Positions 53,167 to 62,177 of a stretch of 64,000 bases of DNA are shown in pieces. The DNA lies in assembly GCA_913045225.1 (NCBI GenBank), contig CAJWPC010000004.1, forward strand, positions 148,821 to 212,820. Direction: 5' to 3'. Made by a program: the position numbers and the translations under genes. Origin of the DNA: an uncultured Rhodobiaceae bacterium (lineage in GTDB: Bacteria; Pseudomonadota; Alphaproteobacteria; Rhizobiales; TMED25). The notes under the pieces are model-generated. The model ran no database searches, was not told the origin of the DNA, and worked only from the letters and a program-made list of their open reading frames with translations. The first letter of the stretch is position 1, and each line of letters begins with the position of its first letter.

Positions 53167-54147
53167 ATGAGATTTGTATATTTTAATGACTACAAGTTAG
53201 GGGTTTTAAAGGGAGACAACGTTGTTGATATCACTGAACAACTATCCGATATACCGGTGAGAGATAACAGAGACCTGATTAATGGTTTAATAGAAAATTA
53301 TGACAAGTATAAAGCTTCTTTGGAACAATTTGTAGCAGTAAACGATGGCATTCCAAGTAATGAGGTACAATTAAGGAGTCCCTGCCCACGTCCAAATAAT
53401 ATTGATTGTATGGCTGTAAATTACATGGAAGATGGTACTAGGTCTGAGCCTGCTCCAATCAATGCTTTCCATAAAGCAACAAATACAGTTATCGGTGACG
53501 GAGATACAATGGAATTAACAGATATACCGGCATCAATATTTGAGGGAGAGGCGGAGCTCGCACTTGTTATAGGAAAGAAGGCAGAAAATGTTAGTGAAGA
53601 GAACGCAATGGATTATGTTTTCGGCTACACAAATATAATTGATGGATCTGCAAGAGGCCTTATTACATCGAATTTTTTCTTTCAGATGAAATCACGGGCA
53701 ACATATACTCCAATTGGACCATGTTTAGTTACCAAGGATGAAATAGATGATCCTCAAAACCTACAAGTAGTTCTAAGAAATAACGGTGTGGTAATGCAAA
53801 ACTTTAATACAGACGATATGGCACATAAAATTCCAAGATGTATTTCATGGTTAAGCTCAATACATACATTAGAGCCTGGAGATATTATAGCTACAGGTAC
53901 AAACCATCGAGGACTTAATCCATTCATGGATGGTGATAAAATTGAATTGGAAATAGAGCACATTGGAACTCTCAATTTTAATGTTAGAGATCCCCTTAAA
54001 AGAACTTGGGAACGAGTTACCAGAAAAACCCATATTGAAGATCGAGGGCTTGAAGGTGCTCATACGCCTCAGCTAACAGGAAAGTACGCCAAGGGCGAAA
54101 CTGCAAAAACATCCAATGAAAAAGACAGGAAGCTGACGAGTATTTAA
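53167..54147 (+). CDS. fumarylacetoacetate hydrolase family protein
   Basis: AVNY, EGEAELALVIG, GYTNIID, IGPCLVT, LEPGDIIATGT. Confidence 0.9.
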   Translation: MRFVYFNDYKLGVLKGDNVVDITEQLSDIPVRDNRDLINGLIENYDKYKASLEQFVAVNDGIPSNEVQLRSPCPRPNNIDCMAVNYMEDGTRSEPAPINAFHKATNTVIGDGDTMELTDIPASIFEGEAELALVIGKKAENVSEENAMDYVFGYTNIIDGSARGLITSNFFFQMKSRATYTPIGPCLVTKDEIDDPQNLQVVLRNNGVVMQNFNTDDMAHKIPRCISWLSSIHTLEPGDIIATGTNHRGLNPFMDGDKIELEIEHIGTLNFNVRDPLKRTWERVTRKTHIEDRGLEGAHTPQLTGKYAKGETAKTSNEKDRKLTSI

Positions 54148-54149
54148 TA

Positions 54150-55241
54150 TTATTCTATATTAAACAACTTTAATGCGGTCTGTCCGACAACATTTTTCTT
54201 TTGTGCATCAGTCAAGTTACTATCTACAATGTGTTGAACTGGGAAATACTCTGCCATGTCATATGGATAGTCTGTTCCCAGCACAACATGGTCATCCCCA
54301 TAATTATTGACCAGATACTCGAGCTGCTCATGCGTGAACACAGTGGTATCAAAATACAACTTCTTCAAATAACTAGTTGGAGGATTAGGTAAATCACCAT
54401 AAGAGTCCTTCCGTGCTCCCCATGAATGGTCAATTCGACCGGAGTACGCAGGTAAAAATCCTCCCCCGTGAACTCCTAAAATTTTTAGATTTTTGTATCT
54501 TTCAAGAAGTCCGTTAAAAATTATATAATGTAAGGCAACTGTCGTATCTAATGGGTTGCCAATTACATTGGTAAAGTAGTAATTTCCAAATCTCTTCCCA
54601 TGAGAAAAACCTAATGGGTGTAGCATTACTGCAAGATCATATTCTTCAACTTTTGCCCAGAATTTATCTAATGAGTCATCAGATATTTCCATGCCATTTA
54701 CATTTGTCAGGATCTGTAAACCCTTGAGATTTGTCTCTTTCTTTATGTAATCAAGTGTATCTAAAGCTATATCCAACTCTTGTAATGGAACAGTTCCAAG
54801 ACCTACAAATTTGTCCGGGTGGGCATCAACCCACTTCATCATGCCATCATTAACAATTCGCGATACTTTATTCGCGTCCTCGCCTCTTGCCATATAGTAG
54901 CATTGGTTCGGAACAGAAGCGATAACCTGTTTATCAATACCTTGCGTTTCTAAAACTTGAAGACGGTCCGGAATGCTGGATAATGCAACCGTCCTATCAG
55001 TATCCTGAATCTGTTGAATTTCAAGTGTCTCTGGACTGGAGTCATGTACAAATGGAATGTCCCCCAAATTGTATAAGGGGCTAATAAAATCATGAGCTTC
55101 CGGTATTAGAACATGGGCGTGAGTATCGATTACAATTGAGTCCATATCTATTTTACGGGTAGATACGTTCCTTGCTGAAGTTGGACCATACCTGTTTGGA
55201 CTATCACCTAGTTTAGGTGTATCAATTACACTGTGAGACAT
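54150..55241 (-). CDS. amidohydrolase_2 family protein (ACMSD/decarboxylase-like)
   Basis: IDTHAH, MLHP, HGGG, GTDYPY; start moved to ATG 55241 (AAGG RBS). Confidence 0.88.
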   Translation of the reverse strand: MSHSVIDTPKLGDSPNRYGPTSARNVSTRKIDMDSIVIDTHAHVLIPEAHDFISPLYNLGDIPFVHDSSPETLEIQQIQDTDRTVALSSIPDRLQVLETQGIDKQVIASVPNQCYYMARGEDANKVSRIVNDGMMKWVDAHPDKFVGLGTVPLQELDIALDTLDYIKKETNLKGLQILTNVNGMEISDDSLDKFWAKVEEYDLAVMLHPLGFSHGKRFGNYYFTNVIGNPLDTTVALHYIIFNGLLERYKNLKILGVHGGGFLPAYSGRIDHSWGARKDSYGDLPNPPTSYLKKLYFDTTVFTHEQLEYLVNNYGDDHVVLGTDYPYDMAEYFPVQHIVDSNLTDAQKKNVVGQTALKLFNIE

Positions 55242-55312
55242 TTTGATTACCTTTAAAAATTCAATTATGTTATAAGTTTGATACATATTATCTAAAAGAG
55301 AAATAAAGGGAA

Positions 55313-56692
55313 ATGAAAAAAAATATTTTGCATAATAAATCAATTGAAGAATTTCATACTGATTTATTATCTGGAAAAACTTCAATATTTGAAGTTGCTG
55401 AAGAAGTGGTAGAAAATTATAATCATAGTGAAGCCAGCAAGAGTGCATTTGTAGAATTTAATAATGAAGAGATTGAGAAATTAGCCTCTACAATTAGCAG
55501 GAGTGACAGCAATCATTTTGCATTTCTTGGGGTTCCTGTATCAATAAAAGATCTTTACGGTGTCAATGGTTACAAGACAAGAGCTGGAACTCCGAAAGAG
55601 CTCCCAAGTAAGTGGGAAGTACAAGGGCCAATTATCAATACCCTGACATCCCACCACTCTCTAATTACAGGAAAAACACATACCGTTGAATTCGCCTTTG
55701 GTGGCGTTGGGATGAACCCACATTGGGGAACGCCAATAAATCCTTGGGATGAGACAGAGCATCGAGTCCCAGGTGGTTCTAGCTCAGGCGCTGGTGTCAG
55801 TTTGTGTACAGGAACTGCAGCCCTTGCATTAGGCACTGATACTGCTGGCTCTGTAAGAATACCAGCTTCTGTGACTGGAAATGTGGGACTGAAAACAACA
55901 AAAAATAGATGGTCGACGGAAGGAATTGTTCCGCTGAGTAGCAGCTTTGATACACCGGGCATACTTACCCATACAGTCGATGACTGCATCTATGCCTTTA
56001 AAGAACTCGATAAAACAAGCTTATATAACAAAAAAGACAAAGGGCTTAACGTTGACCCTAGTATTGATTTCACTTTTACAACATACGATTGGTTCTTCGA
56101 TAAATGTGATGACCAAATAAGCAGTGAGATAAATGCTGCAATCAAAAAGATTGAGGGAAATGGTAAGTATAAGAAAGTAAATGAACTAAATGAAATTGAC
56201 AATTCATACAACTTATTTACAAAAGGCGGCCTAGCAGCAGCTGAGTTTGCAGCATTCATAAATGGTGAGATGAGGGATCTAAAAGCGACTTTAGATCCTA
56301 ATGTGGCCTTTCGTATCAAAGATATGGACTCATTTACAGCGATGGAGTATTTAGAACGAAAAAATGATCTTGAAACAATGAGTTACTCAATCAATAAAAA
56401 GTTTGAAGAATTTGATATAATTGTAACACCAACTGTCCCAATAACAGCGCCAATAACGTCATATTTAGAAGACTCAAAGAAATACTCAGAGGCTAATGGC
56501 TTAATGCTCCGAAATACTTCACCTGTAAATCTTCTTGGCTTATGTGCCATAACAATCCCTGTAGCACTTGATGGAAGTGGAATACCAATCGGGGTACAAT
56601 TGATAGCGCCAGCATTTGATGAAATGAAGTTACTCTCAATAGCTCTAAGAATTGAGAATTCGCTCGGTAATAAGTATAAAAATTTGATATAA
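55313..56692 (+). CDS. amidase-signature family enzyme, second copy
   Basis: SIKD, GKTHTVEFAFG, GGSSSGA, GTDTAGSVRIP. Confidence 0.9.
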   Translation: MKKNILHNKSIEEFHTDLLSGKTSIFEVAEEVVENYNHSEASKSAFVEFNNEEIEKLASTISRSDSNHFAFLGVPVSIKDLYGVNGYKTRAGTPKELPSKWEVQGPIINTLTSHHSLITGKTHTVEFAFGGVGMNPHWGTPINPWDETEHRVPGGSSSGAGVSLCTGTAALALGTDTAGSVRIPASVTGNVGLKTTKNRWSTEGIVPLSSSFDTPGILTHTVDDCIYAFKELDKTSLYNKKDKGLNVDPSIDFTFTTYDWFFDKCDDQISSEINAAIKKIEGNGKYKKVNELNEIDNSYNLFTKGGLAAAEFAAFINGEMRDLKATLDPNVAFRIKDMDSFTAMEYLERKNDLETMSYSINKKFEEFDIIVTPTVPITAPITSYLEDSKKYSEANGLMLRNTSPVNLLGLCAITIPVALDGSGIPIGVQLIAPAFDEMKLLSIALRIENSLGNKYKNLI

Positions 56693-56703
56693 TTAGACCA
56701 ATT

Positions 56704-57543
56704 TTATATCTTATCTTCGACAAATTGGATTATATCATCCGAAATATCAGGTCTTATATTCAACCAAAGTTTCCAAGAAAGCGCCGCTTGATTCAATAAC
56801 ATTGGTACGCCATTTAAAATTTGACATCCGCGACTCTTCGCATCAATTAATAGTTTTGTTTCTAATGGATTATAGACCAGATCAATAACCGATAAGCCTT
56901 GCTGCATTGAGGAAAAGTCCAGTGTGAAATCATTTTTGCCCTTCATTCCTTGACTCGTGCAGTTTATAATAAGATTAAACTGTGAGACACTATCATTTAA
57001 TTTCTGCCAGTCCATATAGCGGATCTTATCATTAAAAACCTTTTCTAGTGATGCGAGGCGATCCGATGATCTATTCGTTACTGTAACCTGACCAGTTGAT
57101 TTCATCAAAAAAGAATAAATTACAGCTCTTGATGCCCCGCCGGCACCAATTACCAAAACATTCATATTACTGAAATCAAGATCTCTATTGAATGATGCAA
57201 GACCATTCATAAATCCATCAGCGTCCGTGTTATACCCAACAAGCTTTTTATTCTCCACAGTGATACAGTTTATGGCCCCAATTACCCTCGCGCTATCACT
57301 GACCTCGTCCATATAATCAAATACTCGGACTTTATGCGGTATTGTCACGTTCAAGCCTCTGTACAGATGTACCTTATCACAAAATAAACGATCAAGACCT
57401 GCATCATCCACTTCAAGTATTTCATAAGTTCCAGATATCCTGTGTAGTTTAAGCCAATACTCATGTATTTGTGGGGACAACGTGTGGGATAATGGAAAAC
57501 CAATAATACCTAACTTTAAATTATTTTCATCTATGGAATTCAT
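56704..57543 (-). CDS. aroE: shikimate dehydrogenase
   Basis: HTLSP, NVTIPHK, NTDADGF, GAGGAS, DLVYNP; start moved to ATG 57543. Confidence 0.93.
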   Translation of the reverse strand: MNSIDENNLKLGIIGFPLSHTLSPQIHEYWLKLHRISGTYEILEVDDAGLDRLFCDKVHLYRGLNVTIPHKVRVFDYMDEVSDSARVIGAINCITVENKKLVGYNTDADGFMNGLASFNRDLDFSNMNVLVIGAGGASRAVIYSFLMKSTGQVTVTNRSSDRLASLEKVFNDKIRYMDWQKLNDSVSQFNLIINCTSQGMKGKNDFTLDFSSMQQGLSVIDLVYNPLETKLLIDAKSRGCQILNGVPMLLNQAALSWKLWLNIRPDISDDIIQFVEDKI

Positions 57544-57628
57544 ACTCTTATGCTTATTTTTTTGTTTATGTATATTAAATATAATATATTTATACTTTAT
57601 AAATATGTTTAAACGAAATGGAATAGAT

Positions 57629-58078
57629 ATGAATTTTTTCAAAAGTCTTTTTAAAAATAATACCCCCAAACCGGAAACACAATCATTTCAGGCAAGTAAT
57701 CTCCAAACTGCAATATCAAAAATATTAGTTAGAACTGCAAAAATTGATGATGAATTTCATATTCTGGAAGAGAAAAAAATATTAGAATTATTGCAATCAT
57801 ATTTTGAGCTCAATGCCGATGATGCGCAATCGCTAATGGAGATAGCAATCAAAGAGGAGGAAAATGCAACTGATCTATACGCATATACAAATGTGATTAA
57901 GAAAGAGCTTACCCTGAATGAAAGAAAAAAAATTATTGAAATGATGTGGCAAATTATCACAACAGATGAAAACTTTGATCCTTATGAAAATAACCTTGTT
58001 TGGCGAGTCGCCGAATTAATTGGAATAAGTACGCGTGAAAGAGTTCAAATCAAAAAGGATTACTTAAGCAAGATATGA
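57629..58078 (+). CDS. TerB family protein
   Basis: AKIDDEF..LE, DLYAYT, MMWQII, ENNLVWRVAELIG; start placed at ATG 57629. Confidence 0.8.
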   Translation: MNFFKSLFKNNTPKPETQSFQASNLQTAISKILVRTAKIDDEFHILEEKKILELLQSYFELNADDAQSLMEIAIKEEENATDLYAYTNVIKKELTLNERKKIIEMMWQIITTDENFDPYENNLVWRVAELIGISTRERVQIKKDYLSKI

Positions 58079-58755
58079 GTAATCAGGTACTTATTATACT
58101 TCACCAAGCAACGTCTACCCCAGGTAGAATTGGGACATTGCTAAAATCAAGAGGGTATAATTTAATTATTAAGAGACCAGCTCTTGGAGATAAATTGCCT
58201 GATACTCTCGAGGGTGATTATGCAGCAGCCATAATGTTTGGCGGTCCGATGAGTGCCAATGATAAAGATGACTTTATTCGTTACGAGAAAGATTGGATCC
58301 AGCTCCCACTAAAAGAAGATATCCCATTTCTTGGTATTTGTCTTGGAGCGCAATTGTTGGCTTGCAGTATTGGGGGGTCTATAAAGATAAAAGATCATGT
58401 TGAAATAGGTTACTACCCAATAAGACCAACTGCTTATGGGGAAAAAATTATTGATTGGCCACCCTTTGTTCATCAATGGCATCGTGAATGGATGCAACCA
58501 CCAGACGATGCAAAAATATTAGCTATCGGTCAAGGTGAAGAACCGCAAGCTTTTCAATACTCCAAACGTGCCTATGGCATACAGTTTCACAGTGAACTCA
58601 CACTGGCTATGGTAAATCGATGGCTGGTCAAAGCTGAGCACAGACTCACACTGAATGGAGCGCAGCAAAGAGAAAAGCATTTTGAGGGCCGGTATATGCA
58701 TGATAATCATGTAAAAACTTGGCTTAACAATTTTTTTGATTTATTATTAAAATAA
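58075..58755 (+). CDS. class I glutamine amidotransferase-like protein
   Basis: FGGPMSAND, LGICLGAQ, QFHSE triad; ATGA overlap with the TerB gene. Confidence 0.9.
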   Translation: MSNQVLIILHQATSTPGRIGTLLKSRGYNLIIKRPALGDKLPDTLEGDYAAAIMFGGPMSANDKDDFIRYEKDWIQLPLKEDIPFLGICLGAQLLACSIGGSIKIKDHVEIGYYPIRPTAYGEKIIDWPPFVHQWHREWMQPPDDAKILAIGQGEEPQAFQYSKRAYGIQFHSELTLAMVNRWLVKAEHRLTLNGAQQREKHFEGRYMHDNHVKTWLNNFFDLLLK

Positions 58756-58784
58756 TACATTTGGTAGATTGAAAGGAATGAGTA

Positions 58785-59159
58785 ATGAAGACAGCAAGTT
58801 CAGAACTTGAAGCGGCCAACAAGATGGTCCCAAAAATAGATGTCGCAGACGGTATCGAAAAGCACAAAGAGGGTAAATCAGTCTTTATTGATGTTCGAGA
58901 TGGCTTGGAAATAAATAAATCCGGAACAATAAAAGGCGCGCTTAGGATCCCTCGAGGCTTCATTGAGTTTGCCGCAGATCCAAGCACGCCTCACCACAAC
59001 GAAAATCTTCAAAAAGATGCTGATATTGTACTTGTTTGTGGTGCAGGGGGTATGGCAGCTTTGACCGGTCGGACCCTTATTGAAATGGGATATGAGTCTG
59101 TATCAAATGTTGGTGGCTTTTCTTCCTGGAAAGATGGGGGCGGGCCAATAGAAGAATAG
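58785..59159 (+). CDS. rhodanese-like domain protein
   Basis: IDVRD, GTIKGA..IPRG.IEF, VCGAGGMA active-site loop, GGFSSW. Confidence 0.9.
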   Translation: MKTASSELEAANKMVPKIDVADGIEKHKEGKSVFIDVRDGLEINKSGTIKGALRIPRGFIEFAADPSTPHHNENLQKDADIVLVCGAGGMAALTGRTLIEMGYESVSNVGGFSSWKDGGGPIEE

Positions 59160-59212
59160 GTAGTATTTTTTGCATCGATTTTTTTGAAATGAAGTTTTAA
59201 TGGGGATTTATC

Positions 59213-59407
59213 ATGACTAAATATACATGTGAAGAATGTGGAATGAGTATCGGTTCTATGACATGCGGTCAATGTGACCAAGAGCTGACACATAGTACAA
59301 TTGTGAAGCCAGATGGAAGTAATGTTCATATAGCAGAATGCCCTGAAGGCCATGGAAAAATAAAGTCTCCGATGTGCTGTGGGCAGGATATGACTTGTAA
59401 GGTTTAA
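59213..59407 (+). CDS. small Cys-rich metal-binding protein (64 aa)
   Basis: CEEC, CGQC, CPEGH, CCGQDM; GGGGA RBS; co-directional with rhodanese. Confidence 0.78.
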   Translation: MTKYTCEECGMSIGSMTCGQCDQELTHSTIVKPDGSNVHIAECPEGHGKIKSPMCCGQDMTCKV

Positions 59408-59446
59408 TCAGCATATATTAGAAATTACTATCTCTAATTTTATAGT

Positions 59447-60505
59447 TCAATATCCCGAATGCCACTTGTGTAAACCTAAATCAGCTTCAGAAAATCTCTC
59501 CTTACCCATAAATTGCTGATGCCAATAAGGGTAGAGTAAATTTGGTCGACTTACCTCGTTAAGCTTACCCAATTCCTCATCTGTCAGAATAAGATCAGAT
59601 GCGGGTATATTCTCCTTGAACTGCTCTTCGTTTCTTCCACCAACAGTCAATGAAGCAACAGTTGGTCGACTCAATAACCAAGCAAGTGACACTTGTGATG
59701 GTGGTATCGATCTTTGCTGAGATATTTCAATGATAACATCAATTATATCATATAGTTTTTCTTCGTCATAAATCGGAGGGTTTTTCCATTTTCTCTCAAA
59801 ATGTCTTGAGCCAGATGGACCGGACTCACCTCTTCTAAACTTGCCAGTTAACAAACCTCCAGCAAGCGGACTCCAGACAATTGTACCAATTTTCTCGGAT
59901 ATGCCGATGGGAATTAACTCATTTTCAGCCTCTCTTGCTTGTAAAGAGTAATGTATTTGTTGGCATATGAATCTTTGTCGGTGACTCTTATCGGCTGCGG
60001 CCAGTGCTTTCATTAGATGCCATCCTGAAAAATTAGAGCAGCCAATATATCTAACCTTACCTGTTCGAACTAAACTGTCAAAAGCTTCTGCGATCTCATC
60101 TATGGGGGTCATTCCATCCCACTTATGTGCTAGGTATACATCTAGTCTATCTGTCTGTAACCTTCTCAAACTTGCTTCACAAGCCGATATTATGTGGTGC
60201 CTAGAAAGACCGAGATCATTTGGGCCATCTCCCATTGGATTCCAAACTTTAGAGGCAATAATAAGGTTATCCCTCTTCCCTTTTATTGCCTCACCAAGGA
60301 TTTCTTCTGATGCCCCCTTTGCATAACCGTCAGATGTATCAATAAAATTTATTCCTTCATCAATACAAAAATCAATATTCCTTTTTGCCTCTTTTATCCC
60401 AAGCGAAAAAAGAGGTTGAGATGGGTCGCCTTTCCCATAATTCATCGTCCCAATTGATAAATTAGATACTTTAAGCCCTGAATTCCCCAACAAATTATAC
60501 TTCAT
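59447..60505 (-). CDS. aldo/keto reductase
   Basis: LGNSGLKVS, FIDTSDGY, SLRRLQTD, GKVRYIGCSN, WSPLAGG. Confidence 0.92.
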   Translation of the reverse strand: MKYNLLGNSGLKVSNLSIGTMNYGKGDPSQPLFSLGIKEAKRNIDFCIDEGINFIDTSDGYAKGASEEILGEAIKGKRDNLIIASKVWNPMGDGPNDLGLSRHHIISACEASLRRLQTDRLDVYLAHKWDGMTPIDEIAEAFDSLVRTGKVRYIGCSNFSGWHLMKALAAADKSHRQRFICQQIHYSLQAREAENELIPIGISEKIGTIVWSPLAGGLLTGKFRRGESGPSGSRHFERKWKNPPIYDEEKLYDIIDVIIEISQQRSIPPSQVSLAWLLSRPTVASLTVGGRNEEQFKENIPASDLILTDEELGKLNEVSRPNLLYPYWHQQFMGKERFSEADLGLHKWHSGY

Positions 60506-60597
60506 TTTATATTCCCTTTCATAAAATCAACGTGTAGCATTGATCAAATATTCCATTCAATTAAATACTATTATACTTTTTTAAGACTTGTAAAGAT

Positions 60598-62154
60598 TTA
60601 TGGCTCGTGAATATCTTCTTCTTGGACAACACCTGGGTCATCCGGGACAGCTATTTCTTCGGAAATTGCAGGTTCTTTTATCTCTTTATTCTTTTTATCT
60701 ACTTTTCCGGATTTAATTTTGCTATCTTTTTCTTCAACTATTTCTGTGACCTCTATAATGTCATCTTCCACATTATTTTCTTGCAACTCTTGGGATAGTC
60801 TATTGCCCTGAAGCATCTTACTTCTCATAAAATTGCTTATGTAATTGTTATCTATATCTAGTGTTTTTATTCTATGATCACCCCATTCGAAAGACTTAAT
60901 TTCTCCTGTATCAGGTATGCACGGTAGCCAAACATCTGATGAGTAATCATCTGCACTCCAGTTTGTGTCATATCGAGCATTCATCGCTTTTCTCATCCAA
61001 TCCCGAGATTTTGCATTTCCCTTAAATAAATGTGAGTCAATTTCAGCTAAGAGTTCATAAATTCTCCTGCTTGTATTTTCATTAATATATTTCTCAATAA
61101 CTTGTTTTGCCTTATCGAAATTTTTCACGTCAATATAAGCTCTGCATAAAGCAACATCCCCCTCTATACCCGAAATTTTTGTTTTCTTAATTAATCCTTC
61201 AATTTTCTCAACTCTTTGTTTCGGCGAGGCGCCTGGATTCACATAACTTAAAAGATAAGCAAGGTCCTCGTGTTGTATTGACTTCCATGTATCAGTAATA
61301 ATCTTCTCTGCTCTGGCTCTCTCTCCTTGCTCAGATAAAATACGTGCGGCAGTAATCACCGCAATAATCTGACTTTTATTTAGTTTAATTGCATCTAACG
61401 CCAAACTTATTGCCTCTGATGGGTTCTGCTCTTCAAGTAAAAGTGCGTGCGACGTTAAAATAATCGATTTATGTAAATTATATTTTTTTCGGGAAATCAA
61501 TTTATGAGCTAGCATCTTGTCAAGAACCTCGCTAGCACTTTTCCAATTTTGAGTAACTAAGTAGCATTTCAATAGCTCGTCGATAACCCATGGCTCGGCA
61601 CTATTATATGTCTCGGCATCTTTTAATAGCTCAATTGATTTTTGCGGATTTTTTGAATTCTTTGAGAGAGTGTACAGTCCCCTGTAACTGAGCATCTTTG
61701 TGGTTTCAATCTTTCCCATTTGCTGGAAAATTTTATTGAGTGCAACATTATCCTTCTTTAAGCTTGCGTTTTGTGCTTTAAGTAACAAGACCATAATATC
61801 TGATGTATTTTTCTTTATCCTATCGATTTTTTTTATTTCAATCTCAGCGGCATTTATATTACCCGCTGAAGCATGAACAAGTCCCTTCATTATTGCGTTC
61901 TGCACCTTTTCATTGGATCGTGCTTCTTTAATCAACTGTATTTTTCTCGGTAACTGATAAATATAGGAAAAAGATAACCACAATAATATTGACAATACAA
62001 TTATCGCTACCGATGAAATGATGAAAAATAGCGGAGAAATTTTTACTTCATAATCACCAAGTATAAAGAGGACTTCCCCAGAAAAAGAGGCGAGCCAATT
62101 AAAAGAATATATCATTGCGATTATTGCAAATAATATCGTAAATATTTTAATCAT
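60598..62154 (-). CDS. hemY: HemY-like membrane-anchored TPR protein (COG3898)
   Basis: N-terminal TM pair, helical repeats, C-terminal PDDPG; order hemD-COG4223-hemY. Confidence 0.8.
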   Translation of the reverse strand: MIKIFTILFAIIAMIYSFNWLASFSGEVLFILGDYEVKISPLFFIISSVAIIVLSILLWLSFSYIYQLPRKIQLIKEARSNEKVQNAIMKGLVHASAGNINAAEIEIKKIDRIKKNTSDIMVLLLKAQNASLKKDNVALNKIFQQMGKIETTKMLSYRGLYTLSKNSKNPQKSIELLKDAETYNSAEPWVIDELLKCYLVTQNWKSASEVLDKMLAHKLISRKKYNLHKSIILTSHALLLEEQNPSEAISLALDAIKLNKSQIIAVITAARILSEQGERARAEKIITDTWKSIQHEDLAYLLSYVNPGASPKQRVEKIEGLIKKTKISGIEGDVALCRAYIDVKNFDKAKQVIEKYINENTSRRIYELLAEIDSHLFKGNAKSRDWMRKAMNARYDTNWSADDYSSDVWLPCIPDTGEIKSFEWGDHRIKTLDIDNNYISNFMRSKMLQGNRLSQELQENNVEDDIIEVTEIVEEKDSKIKSGKVDKKNKEIKEPAISEEIAVPDDPGVVQEEDIHEP

Positions 62155-62177
62155 TTTAACACGGTGCCATGCATAAA

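Noticed and set aside
57629-58078. TerB gene as a tellurite-resistance or defence island
   Set aside because: No other ter genes; the TerB plus glutamine amidotransferase pair near hemY looks like a core alphaproteobacterial arrangement
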